Positions 54,839 to 64,000 of a stretch of DNA of 64,000 nucleotides are shown here, one piece after another. Made by a program: the position numbers and the translations under genes. Source of the DNA: Candidatus Omnitrophota bacterium (GTDB taxonomy: Bacteria; Omnitrophota; Gorgyraeia; Zapsychrales; Zapsychraceae); contig JAJDCA010000037.1 in NCBI GenBank assembly GCA_029261055.1, positions 10,291-74,290 of the forward strand, written 5' to 3'. The first letter of the stretch is position 1. Each line of letters starts with the position of its first letter. The notes under the pieces are model-generated. The model did no database searches and was not told the origin of the DNA. It saw only the letters and a list, made by a program, of their open reading frames with translations.

Positions 54839-55977
54839 TGCATATTAATAGATTAAGTGCTAGTGCATACAAGTGCCATGAACAGTGTCCATTTAAATAT
54901 TTTTTAAATTATCATTTGAAAATTCGTGGAGAACAGACATTCGCCGCAGATTATGGTAGTGTAATTCATGAAATATTGGAGAGATATGCTTTTGCTAAAA
55001 AAGATACTGTAGAAGATAAGGAAGGAAAAGGTAAAGAGGGCACTGATGAGGTTTGGCACAATAATCAAAAGCCAGTAAGCAATGGTCCGTATTTAACTGT
55101 TTCAGATATTGAAGAGCAGTATATAGATATATTGTTGGAAAATGGCTGGAGAAGTGAATCTATGTCAAAACTGTGGCCCAGTCATCGCTATGTTAGAGAA
55201 GTTGAAAAAACATGTGATGATTGTCCTTTCTTTAAAGATGGAGTGTGTGGAATTGTAAACCACAATGTTGATGATATTTCAGGATATGATCCAGATGCAA
55301 AGGTCAATAAAGGAAAGTCAGCTAAAGAAAAGAAGATTGACTTTAACTTCGGTTGTCCACTTGAGGAATATAAAGAGGGTGTTCGTCAAATTGAAGATGT
55401 AATATTTGATGATAAGCCATACGGACCATTCAATAGAAAGATTGTAGACGCAGAGCGATATTTTAGAATAAAAATTGTAGATGGTGAAAAAACCTACACA
55501 TGTAGTGGGTTGATGGATTTAACTACAGAATTGGACAAAGATACTATTGAGATTTTTGATTATAAAACTGGTAGATTCAAGATGTCTTATCCAGACTGCT
55601 TAAAAGACATTCAGTTGATGATGTATTATTATGCGGCTAAACGATTATATCCAAAATACAAAAATCATATGATAACAATATATTATTTATGTGGTGGAAA
55701 GAAGCAGATTACACCACCATTTGGAGACATGACAGAGCAAGAGGTGTGTGACAGAATTAAAAAACGTTGGAATGAAATTGAGCAAGATATTTTTCCACAA
55801 AGACGTTGTGATAAATATGATGGGTCCGTAGAATTTGATCATAAATGTAATTATTTATGCGATAAAGAATTCTGTGAAGAGATGCACCCCAAGTTAACTA
55901 AATTTGTAGCTAATGGTGGCAACATTCATGATGTTGAGTCGGCAGATGACTTTGAAGAATTTTTAATTAATATTTAA
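54838..55977 (+). CDS. RecB/Cas4-like PD-(D/E)xK nuclease with C-terminal Cys cluster
   Basis: EIFDYKTGR (DYKTG motif), QLMMYYY; C-terminal C-x-CDKYDGSVEFDHKCNYLCDKEFC suggests an Fe-S cluster. Confidence 0.55.
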   Translation: MHINRLSASAYKCHEQCPFKYFLNYHLKIRGEQTFAADYGSVIHEILERYAFAKKDTVEDKEGKGKEGTDEVWHNNQKPVSNGPYLTVSDIEEQYIDILLENGWRSESMSKLWPSHRYVREVEKTCDDCPFFKDGVCGIVNHNVDDISGYDPDAKVNKGKSAKEKKIDFNFGCPLEEYKEGVRQIEDVIFDDKPYGPFNRKIVDAERYFRIKIVDGEKTYTCSGLMDLTTELDKDTIEIFDYKTGRFKMSYPDCLKDIQLMMYYYAAKRLYPKYKNHMITIYYLCGGKKQITPPFGDMTEQEVCDRIKKRWNEIEQDIFPQRRCDKYDGSVEFDHKCNYLCDKEFCEEMHPKLTKFVANGGNIHDVESADDFEEFLINI

Positions 55978-56000
55978 TACAAGAAAGAGAAATTAAAATA

Positions 56001-56540
56001 ATGCAACTAACCAGAGATGAGAAATATGAATGTTTAGATGCAATAGTAGAATATATTACTAAGTGTAATGTAATGCGTGTTCCAGTTATTTTTTGTGGTG
56101 AAGGAAATCGTTTTCCAACGGTGCCTGGAAGTATTCATAATATATCCACTATGTATGGTAGTCATTGTCAATATGGCGGTGTTCTTAGAGATTCTGAGTT
56201 TAAAATTGGTCCAGTTGGCATAGGCATTTTGGTAAGTAACCAATATTCAGATGAAAATATTTTGAGTATAATATTTGCACTAATTCACGAATATGTTCAT
56301 GCTACTAATGTGGACAATGTTCCATTAGCAGAAAATGGTTGGCTTGACGCTTGTGAAGATGAAACAATGAACATTGAGATTATGATTCCTCTCATGGAAA
56401 AAAGATTTAGTGCCTGTTTATTTAAGAAGATACTTATTAATTATAAAACAACAATAATAGATAATAATATGTTGGCGGGACATTACGCTTATTTAAAATC
56501 AACAGAAATTATATTAGAAAAATTAAAAAGTATTACTTAG
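56001..56540 (+). CDS. hypothetical protein with HExxH motif
   Basis: ALIHEYVHATN. Confidence 0.4.
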   Translation: MQLTRDEKYECLDAIVEYITKCNVMRVPVIFCGEGNRFPTVPGSIHNISTMYGSHCQYGGVLRDSEFKIGPVGIGILVSNQYSDENILSIIFALIHEYVHATNVDNVPLAENGWLDACEDETMNIEIMIPLMEKRFSACLFKKILINYKTTIIDNNMLAGHYAYLKSTEIILEKLKSIT

Positions 56541-56589
56541 AAAATCATCAATCTTTAAAAATGTTTAAATAGGAGATATAAAACAGACT

Positions 56590-59500
56590 ATGGATAATAA
56601 AAAACACAAGTATTGTAGTCTACATACACATTCTTCATTTTCTATTAGAGATTCTTGCAATAGGGTTGATGACCTCGTTACTAGAGCAAAAGAAGTTGGC
56701 ATGAAGGCAATTTCCATAAATGATCATGGCAATGTATTTGGACTTATTAAAATGTACAAAGCATGTCAGGAAAATGGAATTAAATTTGTACCTGGAATTG
56801 AAGCATATTTTACTCATGATCACTCGGAAAAAGAGCGGAGTTCGCGCCATATTACTATTTTGGTAGAAAATAATATAGGATTAGAGAATCTATATAAATT
56901 AGTAACACGATCTAATCTACCAGGAACTAGGGGTGGCGGGTTTTATTTTCGTCCACGTATTGATTGGTCAGACCTTAGAGAATTCCACAAAGGGTTAATA
57001 ATTTTAAGTGGATGCATGAACTCTCCAATTAATTTTGAATTTTATAAAAATGAAGACTATGAGACTGGTAAAAAATACGCTAAAGAAATAATTAAAATTG
57101 TTGGTAGAGATAATTTTTTTATTGAACTCCAAAATGTAAATGAAAAAAATAAAATATATATTCCAGAACAAGAAATTATTTTAGAATACAGTCGCCGTCT
57201 AGCAAGTGACCTAAATATTCCTGCCTGTGCATCTAATGATTGCCATATCACCAACAAAGATGATGCGTTTGCTCACGAAGTACTAAAAGCTATAGATGCT
57301 AGGATGACTTTAGAAAGTCCAGTGGTTGATAGGTCAAAAGGTGTTACTCGTGGTAGATTAGTGTTTAGTGGTTTCGACTATTATGTTCGCTCTGATGAAG
57401 AGATGCGTCAAAAATTCACAGATGAAGAAGTTGAAACAAGTAGCATTATTGCAGATAGATGTAATGTAACTTTTCCACTTGGTGAAAATCACATGCCTAG
57501 TTTTCGTGGAATGAGTGATGACAAATGCTATGATTTTCTAATACAAGAATGTCGCAAAGGCTGGAAGCGCCTAAAAATAAATAAAAAGAAAAATAAAGAC
57601 GAGTATCTTGATAGACTAAAACATGAGCTTGCAGAAGTAAAGGATGCAAGATTACATCACTATTTTATGATTGTTTGGGATGTTTGTAATTTCTGTAGAG
57701 AAAATAAAATAGCACTAGGCTTCGGTCGCGGAAGCTGTGGGGGAAGTTTAGCATTATATCTACTAGGAATAACTCAAAGAGCTGATCCAATAAAATATAA
57801 TCTAATCTGGGAGAGATTTTGGAATCATGGTCGTAAAGGGTCGATGCCAGATATTGACCTAGATATTCAGCCAGATAGACGTGAAGACGTGATTGAATAC
57901 TTGCGTCAACAGTTTGGTAATGATAAAGTAATGCCAATGATGACTATTGGCACGATGGCAGCAAAAGAAGCTATTGTTAGTTGTGGCAAGGTAATTGGAC
58001 TAAATTTAGATTATCTTCATAATATGACGAAGCTTTTCCCACACAAGTATAAGGACTTAAATGATGTTATCAATACTGTACCAGAGATTAAAGATGCTTC
58101 GAGAGGGGTGGACAAGGATGTAAAACAATGGCGCAAGGAGTGGAAATCTGCTACTGTTGGACAGAAGAAAACCCTGGAGAGACTAGCCAAGGCTCGTAAG
58201 GATAAACTTGTTAAAACATTTGAGGTAGCCAAAAGGTTAGAGGGCACTGTTAGTAACCGTGGAACTCATGCATGTGCTATTTTACTATCGGATGAATCTA
58301 TAGAGGGGAAAATTCCCACATGCTGGGATGCTAAGAGCCGAAGTGTGTTGACTGGATTTGATATGTATGACCTCGACGATCTTGGTTATATGAAATTAGA
58401 TTGCCTTGGTTTAAAAACCCTCGGAGTTGTTAATAGCATTGACACTGATTTCTACAATACGGTTGGTGATTTTGATGATCCAGAAGTATACAAGGCGCTT
58501 GGTCGTGGCAAAAACAAGGGTATTTTTCAATTAGAGAGCCAACTTGGAACAAAATGGACAAAGAAACAAAAGCCTAAAAATATTACTGATATTGCAGATT
58601 TAATTACTATTATCCGCCCCGCTGCGTTAGAACCAGGACTGTCTGACCAATATGTAAAGAATAGAGAAAGCAAAAAGAAGCCAGTATATCTTCATCCTGA
58701 CCTAAAAAAAATACTAGACGACAGTGAAGGTGTAATGATATACCAAGAACAGGCGTTAGAGATAGCGAGGTACTATGCCGGATTTTCTTTACAGAAGGCA
58801 GACTCACTAAGAAAAGTTCTCGGAAAAAAGCTTGAAGACAAGCTTCCAGAGTTTGAGGCAGAGTTTAAAGACGGCGTTGTGGAAAAATTCAATGATGCTG
58901 ACCTTGCTCACGAACTGTGGGAATGGCTAAAGCATGGCGCTGGCTATGGATTCAACCTAGCCCACGCTTTAACTTATGGTATGATGGCATATACAACAGC
59001 CTACTTTAAACTGCATCGACCAATGGAATTTTTCTGTGCCATGCTTCGATTCTCCGAGTATAAACAAAATACACAGGAAGAAATCGGAGAACTGTTTTAT
59101 GATGCCAAATGGCATGGCGTTGATGTCAAAGGCCCATGTGCTCTTCATGGAAATGAAGATTTTGAAATTATAGATGGTGAAATATATTATGGACTTGCCA
59201 AAATAAAGAGCGTGGGACTAACTACAATTAAATCACTAAAGAAAACGAAACTAAATACTTGGCAAGATGTTGTTAGGAATAGAAAAAAGTTAAAGAAAAA
59301 TGTGGTAGATTCTCTAATTTGGTCTGGTGCATTGGACTATCTTAATATATCAAGAATAGAGATGGCTTCTAATATGGAGTTTCTAGAAAATCTTACAGAT
59401 AGAGAGATTGAGATATTTAATACAGGTTTTCTGGGAGAGAGTTCTGTTGAATTTAAAGGTGGCAAAGTAGTTTCATTGAATCCTAAAAATAATACATTAT

Positions 59501-60009
59501 CTTTTCGTGAAACCGTTGATGCGTTTTATAAATTTATGACTGATTCAAAAATAGGAAATTCAAAAATAAAAGCCATAAGCGCTCGTAGAGCTGAAAAGGT
59601 TACTGATTATTTAGCATTATTCCTATCATCAAAGTTGGAAGACATCTCCAAATCTAAAATTGCCCAAAAAGAGACACATTATTTGGGAATTCCTTTGACA
59701 TGTTGTGAGGTTGATATGTATAATGATAATAGACAAACTCACAGTATTTTAGATATAGATAAAGAAATAAATGGTAAAGGTGTTGCGACGATAGGTGTTG
59801 TGTCAAAAATCAATACAAGGCTTGATAAAAACCGTAATCGCATGTGTTTCATTGGCCTACAAGACAAGACATTTATGATAGATGCTGTCATGTTTTCTGA
59901 TTCTTATAGAAAATATGGAACAGGTATAGATGTTGGGAGTGTGATCTATGTTGAAGGTAAGAAAAACAACGGTGGGTCATTCCAGATTGAGAAGGCGGAG
60001 ATTCTTTGA
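56590..60009 (+). CDS. dnaE: DNA polymerase III alpha subunit-like (DnaE-type, PHP domain)
   Basis: N-terminal PHP HTHSSFSIRDS...NDHGNVFG...GIEAY; 1139 aa; polymerase core FGRGSCGGSLALYLLGIT; C-terminal OB-like region. Confidence 0.85.
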   Translation: MDNKKHKYCSLHTHSSFSIRDSCNRVDDLVTRAKEVGMKAISINDHGNVFGLIKMYKACQENGIKFVPGIEAYFTHDHSEKERSSRHITILVENNIGLENLYKLVTRSNLPGTRGGGFYFRPRIDWSDLREFHKGLIILSGCMNSPINFEFYKNEDYETGKKYAKEIIKIVGRDNFFIELQNVNEKNKIYIPEQEIILEYSRRLASDLNIPACASNDCHITNKDDAFAHEVLKAIDARMTLESPVVDRSKGVTRGRLVFSGFDYYVRSDEEMRQKFTDEEVETSSIIADRCNVTFPLGENHMPSFRGMSDDKCYDFLIQECRKGWKRLKINKKKNKDEYLDRLKHELAEVKDARLHHYFMIVWDVCNFCRENKIALGFGRGSCGGSLALYLLGITQRADPIKYNLIWERFWNHGRKGSMPDIDLDIQPDRREDVIEYLRQQFGNDKVMPMMTIGTMAAKEAIVSCGKVIGLNLDYLHNMTKLFPHKYKDLNDVINTVPEIKDASRGVDKDVKQWRKEWKSATVGQKKTLERLAKARKDKLVKTFEVAKRLEGTVSNRGTHACAILLSDESIEGKIPTCWDAKSRSVLTGFDMYDLDDLGYMKLDCLGLKTLGVVNSIDTDFYNTVGDFDDPEVYKALGRGKNKGIFQLESQLGTKWTKKQKPKNITDIADLITIIRPAALEPGLSDQYVKNRESKKKPVYLHPDLKKILDDSEGVMIYQEQALEIARYYAGFSLQKADSLRKVLGKKLEDKLPEFEAEFKDGVVEKFNDADLAHELWEWLKHGAGYGFNLAHALTYGMMAYTTAYFKLHRPMEFFCAMLRFSEYKQNTQEEIGELFYDAKWHGVDVKGPCALHGNEDFEIIDGEIYYGLAKIKSVGLTTIKSLKKTKLNTWQDVVRNRKKLKKNVVDSLIWSGALDYLNISRIEMASNMEFLENLTDREIEIFNTGFLGESSVEFKGGKVVSLNPKNNTLSFRETVDAFYKFMTDSKIGNSKIKAISARRAEKVTDYLALFLSSKLEDISKSKIAQKETHYLGIPLTCCEVDMYNDNRQTHSILDIDKEINGKGVATIGVVSKINTRLDKNRNRMCFIGLQDKTFMIDAVMFSDSYRKYGTGIDVGSVIYVEGKKNNGGSFQIEKAEIL

Positions 60010-60473
60010 AAAAATTGTCTAAAAAAGAAGTGCGTGAAAGTTTGGAGCACTGGCAAACTGTGCTTAAGCTTACAAACTGGACAATTGAATTTGCTGTTAT
60101 TTCAGAAGAAAATATGTTGGAAGAAATTCTTGAAAATCAGCCAGAGGGCGGATGGTCGCAAAGTGATTTAGAAGAAAGCGCTTCTGCATTTTTAGTATGG
60201 GTGAGACAAGATGAGCAATGTGCAAAGATTTTGTTTCACGAAGATATGAAAGATGATGTAGAGTATGGTTCGGTTTATAATTTAGATACTGTATGTATAC
60301 ATGAATTATTGCATATAATGTTAAACGAACAGTTTGGTCTATTCCCCAAACATATAAGAACACATAAGAAGGTTCATCTCTTTGAGGAATGGATTTGTAA
60401 TAGGTTTTCTAGGATAATATATGATTTTGGTGAGTCTGGTGTAATTGACTCTGAATCATATAACAACAAATAG
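60006..60473 (+). CDS. small HExxH protein (putative zinc metallopeptidase-like)
   Basis: VCIHELLHIMLNEQFG. Confidence 0.4.
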   Translation: MKKLSKKEVRESLEHWQTVLKLTNWTIEFAVISEENMLEEILENQPEGGWSQSDLEESASAFLVWVRQDEQCAKILFHEDMKDDVEYGSVYNLDTVCIHELLHIMLNEQFGLFPKHIRTHKKVHLFEEWICNRFSRIIYDFGESGVIDSESYNNK

Positions 60474-60491
60474 TTTTACGAGAGGTAATGT

Positions 60492-61028
60492 ATGTCTAGT
60501 CCTAATTTTGTTTTACTTGAGGGATACGTGTCACGAAATGCTGAGTTGCGAGAAGTTGGAAACAATGGAGCTACAATTTTGGCATTTAGTGTTGGAGTTA
60601 GTAAGGGTCGTGACAGCGATGGAGAGAGTCTAGGAACCTCTTATTTTGACATTGATTTCTGGAATCCGTCTGAAAAGCTTGCTGATTCCATTATCGATGC
60701 CAGCGAGGATGAAGATAGTAGTCTAAAACTTTCAATTCGAGGTAGACTCAATCAGGATAGGTGGGAGAATGAAGATGGTGAGTCGCGCAGCAGGGTGAAA
60801 ATTGTTGCAAGCACTATTAGTATTCCAAACTATTCTGAAAATAATGATAATGGTGGAAAAAAAGGTAAGAAAAAGAAAAAGAAAAAGGGAAGCAGCAAAA
60901 AGAAATCTTCTCGGCCAACTAATCGCAAGAGTAGTAAAAAATCTAGAAAAGCCACCAATACTGGCAGAAAAAACGATGACGATTTTGATGAAGACGAAGA
61001 CGATGATGAGGATGACGTACCCTTTTAA
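60492..61028 (+). CDS. ssb: single-stranded DNA-binding protein
   Basis: OB-fold N-terminus VLLEGYVSRNAELRE...; acidic C-terminal tail DDDFDEDEDDDEDDVPF. Confidence 0.8.
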   Translation: MSSPNFVLLEGYVSRNAELREVGNNGATILAFSVGVSKGRDSDGESLGTSYFDIDFWNPSEKLADSIIDASEDEDSSLKLSIRGRLNQDRWENEDGESRSRVKIVASTISIPNYSENNDNGGKKGKKKKKKKGSSKKKSSRPTNRKSSKKSRKATNTGRKNDDDFDEDEDDDEDDVPF

Positions 61029-61091
61029 TAATAAATAAGTTTGAATTTAGTAATGATTATTAATTAATATTAAATATGAAATGAGAAAACA

Positions 61092-61286
61092 ATGAATAAT
61101 GCACATAGGGTTGAGTTTTTGAGACATGCAATAAATAAAGAGTCAAAAGCACTAGATGATATAGAGTATAGACCTTATAAAGATGCTGATGAGCACAAAC
61201 TACAAAAAGAGTTTATAGAGTGTAGAATGAATATGCTAAAAGCTCATCTGTCTTTAAGAGAATATCTTGCCAAAAAAAGACAATAA
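61092..61286 (+). CDS. small conserved protein, paralog of ORF 3824..4018
   Basis: Shared pattern with the 3824 ORF (EFL, LDD, RM.ML.AHL, EYL). Confidence 0.45.
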   Translation: MNNAHRVEFLRHAINKESKALDDIEYRPYKDADEHKLQKEFIECRMNMLKAHLSLREYLAKKRQ

Positions 61287-61351
61287 GGTATCTGGGCGTT
61301 CAAAATTATAAAGATTAAAGAATTACTTAAACAAAGATTAAGGAATAGACC

Positions 61352-61603
61352 ATGCTTAATGATACACTTAAAGCTGCAAATAGCAAATTTGCAGAATTTC
61401 CAGCCCTTTCATTATCGAATGATACACTTCGCACAAAGACAGATTATATGGACCAGTCCGTATTAATAAATTTAAACTCTATAGAAAGCATTGATAAGAG
61501 TAGCAACAATAGTTGCAGAATTACTGTTGACAGTGGAAGGGTTTGGGATATTGCACTGTCTCAAGAGGAAGTTATTAATCTTGTGCTAACATTTAATAAT
61601 TAA
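61352..61603 (+). CDS. hypothetical protein
   Basis: RBS TTAAGGAATAGACC. Confidence 0.45.
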   Translation: MLNDTLKAANSKFAEFPALSLSNDTLRTKTDYMDQSVLINLNSIESIDKSSNNSCRITVDSGRVWDIALSQEEVINLVLTFNN

Positions 61604-61629
61604 ATCATAATCAGATAATAAGGGTGTCA

Positions 61630-64000
61630 ATGTCTAATAAACATAAAAAATCTTCCAACAGTTCAATAAATCTTAAAAATGGTATTAAGGTTGTGAGAAA
61701 CAATCAGAAAAAAACATCGGCACCTAAATTTGATGGTGTTTCAAAGTTAGCACTACCAAGAATTATTGGTGGAGATTTTGACTATGATGCGAATGATATA
61801 AGTAAATATCAAAAGATGATAGATGATGCGCCCAAAAGAAATGAAAAGCCACGCATTTTATTCATTGGTGAAGCTTCTTATTTAAAGACAGGGTTTTCAA
61901 CTTATCTTCACTATGTGTTTTCTCATCTCTATGAGACTGGAAAATACGAATTAGCAGAACATGCTTCTTACGGATATTCAAAAAATGTAGATCCTCGTGC
62001 CAGATCTGTTAAATGGAAATATTATCACTGTATGCCTGAAAGTCCAGAAGAAGAGAGATTGTACAAGTCTGATCATGAAGCACAGTTTGGTAAATTGAAA
62101 CTATCTCAAACATTATCAGATTTTCGTCCAGATATAATTATATGTATTAGAGATAATTGGATGGATACACATGTTCTTAAGAATAAACTAGCTAAAAATG
62201 CATCAATATTTTGGATGGTGTGTCTAGATGGCTCTCCTCAAAAATGGGAATGGTTGCAAGATTACAATAATGTTGACAAAGTGTTTGCATATTCTTATTT
62301 TGGCAAAAAAGTATTAGAAAGCCAGTCTAAGTCAGAGTTAGCGAAAGTCAAAAATGTCAAACCAATTCTTGTTTCAGATGTTATGCAGGCTGGTGCAGAT
62401 CTAGATGTTTTAAAACCATTACCTCGTGATGAGGTTTACGAAAAGCTTGGCTTGGGTGAGGCCAAACATCTAAGATTTATTGGCACCGTAATGAGAAACC
62501 AACCTAGAAAATTATTCACTAGAATAATCGAATCATTTGCTGAATTAATTCGCAAGCATCCTAAAGAGTCTGAAAATGTTATGCTGCATTTGCACACTAG
62601 CGTTAGGGATGTTGGTTTCAATATTCCAGAGGCGATTCAACAAAACGGTGTAGAGCACAGAGTTACTTTTACATATCTATGTCAGGGATGTGGAAATGTA
62701 GCAATATCAACTTTTCGTGGTTCACCTACGCAGTGTCCTTTGTGTGGTGAAAACAAGATGGATTGCCCAAGTACTGCGCATGGCCTAGACCCAAAAACAT
62801 TTAATCTTATATACAATATGCTAGATGTTTACATTCAAGGGTCAATTGCAGAAGGGTGTTTTGGCAAAGGAACATTAGTTTGTACAGGTAAAGGCTATAT
62901 TCCAATTGAAACGGTGTCTGTTGGTGATAAAATATTATCACATAATGGAAAATGGCAAACAGTCAATAAAACCTTCATCAATGAGGTAAGCAGTAGTGTT
63001 CTAAAGCTTGGAATAACTGGAACATACGAAGACATCATGATAACAGATAACCATAAAGTATATGTTGCAAAAACAAACGAAGTGATTGATAAGTGGGGCA
63101 GAAAACATAATACACCAATAGGTGAAGTAACATCTAAGTCTGCTGGCAAATTAACAAAAGAGGACTGGATCGCCTGCCCTATTGACCAACATGTTGATGA
63201 TGTACAATATATAAAAATTACAGACTATGTTTCCGACTCTTATGAAGATAAAAATGGGTTGGTAAGATATAAAACTAAAAGATACTGCAAATCTGGAATC
63301 CAAACGGATGTAAAAAATAAATTCGAACTAAATAATGATAATTTAAGCCTATTGGGTTTGTTGATGGGGGATGGCTATTTTGATGGTAGATATGTATCAA
63401 TTTCAGGAAACAGTCAAACAAAATTAAAAAACTTTGAACTATTTGAAAAATCAATGAATGGGCTTACAGAAAATCCAGTAGGAAAAAGAATTAAGTCCAA
63501 TGCAAATGCTACTGAATGTACTGTTAGTAGTCCAATATTATCTAAATTTTTTAGAGCACTAATAGGAAGATATTCAAGAGATAGAAAAATACCTAGTGAA
63601 TTGATTCATTTGCCGATCAATAAGCAAAAATTATTCATATGTGGTTACTATATGGCAGATAATACTACAGACAAGGATCTAATAGGGTTTAGCACTAGCT
63701 CTTTACAATTAGCTACTCAAGTCAGAAACATGCTGTCAAGAATGAACATTTGCATGTATATTTCTAGTTGTAAGAGGTCAAGTTGCGAATATAAAATATA
63801 TACAAAAATTAACAGAGTAGAATTGAGTCTCCTTGTGAATGAAACTAACTTTAAATATGAAAAACCAAAAAAAGATAGATTAAGATCTAAAATTATTAAC
63901 AATTATATATTTTCTAGGGTTAAAAAAATTGAAAAATGCAATTATGATTGCGACAAAGTTTACAACCTACAAGCAATAGACAGGGAGAATATCAATAATA
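61630..64000 (+). CDS. GT4-like glycosyltransferase interrupted by an intein (3' end beyond window)
   Basis: Open frame from ATG 61630 to window end (not in ORF track because it is unterminated). Extein ends ...NMLDVYIQGSIAEG (EGxG catalytic block), then Cys-1 of the intein. Upstream zinc ribbon CQGCGN...CPLCGEN. Confidence 0.6.
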   Translation, partial: MSNKHKKSSNSSINLKNGIKVVRNNQKKTSAPKFDGVSKLALPRIIGGDFDYDANDISKYQKMIDDAPKRNEKPRILFIGEASYLKTGFSTYLHYVFSHLYETGKYELAEHASYGYSKNVDPRARSVKWKYYHCMPESPEEERLYKSDHEAQFGKLKLSQTLSDFRPDIIICIRDNWMDTHVLKNKLAKNASIFWMVCLDGSPQKWEWLQDYNNVDKVFAYSYFGKKVLESQSKSELAKVKNVKPILVSDVMQAGADLDVLKPLPRDEVYEKLGLGEAKHLRFIGTVMRNQPRKLFTRIIESFAELIRKHPKESENVMLHLHTSVRDVGFNIPEAIQQNGVEHRVTFTYLCQGCGNVAISTFRGSPTQCPLCGENKMDCPSTAHGLDPKTFNLIYNMLDVYIQGSIAEGCFGKGTLVCTGKGYIPIETVSVGDKILSHNGKWQTVNKTFINEVSSSVLKLGITGTYEDIMITDNHKVYVAKTNEVIDKWGRKHNTPIGEVTSKSAGKLTKEDWIACPIDQHVDDVQYIKITDYVSDSYEDKNGLVRYKTKRYCKSGIQTDVKNKFELNNDNLSLLGLLMGDGYFDGRYVSISGNSQTKLKNFELFEKSMNGLTENPVGKRIKSNANATECTVSSPILSKFFRALIGRYSRDRKIPSELIHLPINKQKLFICGYYMADNTTDKDLIGFSTSSLQLATQVRNMLSRMNICMYISSCKRSSCEYKIYTKINRVELSLLVNETNFKYEKPKKDRLRSKIINNYIFSRVKKIEKCNYDCDKVYNLQAIDRENINN
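62857..64000 (+). mobile_element. intein with LAGLIDADG homing endonuclease domain (C-terminal part outside window)
   Basis: Block A CFGKGTLVCTGKGYIPIETVSVGDKILS; LAGLIDADG motifs LLGLLMGDGYFDGR and LIGFSTSSLQLATQVRNMLSRMNI. Confidence 0.7.

Noticed and set aside
56590-60009. Intein inside the DnaE-like polymerase, DnaB or RecA
   Set aside because: Lengths are canonical (1139, 492, 329 aa) and the motifs are contiguous. The only intein signature is in the terminal GT4-like gene.
60445-61038. ORFs 60445..60633 and 60802..61038 overlapping ssb
   Set aside because: Alternate frames of the ssb gene. ssb has the diagnostic acidic DDVPF tail and an RBS.
2086-63902. All other minus-strand ORFs in the track (for example 2086-2298, 4687-5052, 11269-11661, 26567-26758, 40671-40974, 46893-47478, 50982-51347, 62895-63149)
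   Set aside because: Each lies entirely within a better-supported plus-strand CDS or tRNA cluster, has no RBS, and has hydrophobic or low-complexity composition. The region is uniformly transcribed from the + strand.
1-64000. CRISPR arrays or other tandem direct repeats
   Set aside because: No regularly spaced direct repeats seen. The only repeated family is the four CUUCCUUCUAA elements, which are irregularly spaced and structured.

Overview
The window is AT-rich (roughly 30% GC), gene-dense, and transcribed almost entirely from the + strand. I read it as part of a large (jumbo-type) tailed-bacteriophage genome, not a cellular chromosome. It has Shine-Dalgarno sites of the AAGGAG type, repeated TTGNNN-N17-TATAAT promoters that look sigma70-like (several with an extended -10), and bacterial-type replication and recombination genes. 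Those genes are a DnaE-like PHP/Pol III alpha polymerase, a DnaB-like helicase, a DnaG-like primase, RecA, SSB with a DDVPF tail, RecQ and a Rad52/Sak-like candidate. Nucleotide metabolism genes include dCMP deaminase, a T4 gp1-like dNMP kinase, a DHH phosphoesterase, oligoribonuclease and a RecB/Cas4-like Fe-S nuclease. Protein-maturation genes include peptide deformylase, signal peptidase I and PTH2-type peptidyl-tRNA hydrolase. There is a sugar module: HldE kinase and HldE adenylyltransferase as separate genes, HldD epimerase, GT2, a GT9 heptosyltransferase-like protein, a CgeB-like GT and three SAM methyltransferases. Several tRNA clusters are present: two Met(CAT), Gly, Asn, Pro, two tRNAs with a CUA (amber-suppressor) anticodon, one tRNA with a ~70-nt insertion, and a Gly-like tRNA whose 3' half lies upstream of its 5' half. 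Four copies of a small structured element with an invariant CUUCCUUCUAA motif flank the tRNAs. Two of them sit exactly at TGTATAAT extended -10 start sites. Other notable items are a phage-encoded ExbB/TolQ-ExbD/TolR-like stator pair, a TARG1/DarG-like macro domain between two pentapeptide-repeat proteins, an Hsp90-like GHKL ATPase, a CPBP intramembrane protease, free-standing HNH and Vsr-like endonucleases, and a LAGLIDADG intein in a GT4-like glycosyltransferase at the window end. All minus-strand ORFs overlap better-supported plus-strand genes and are treated as spurious.
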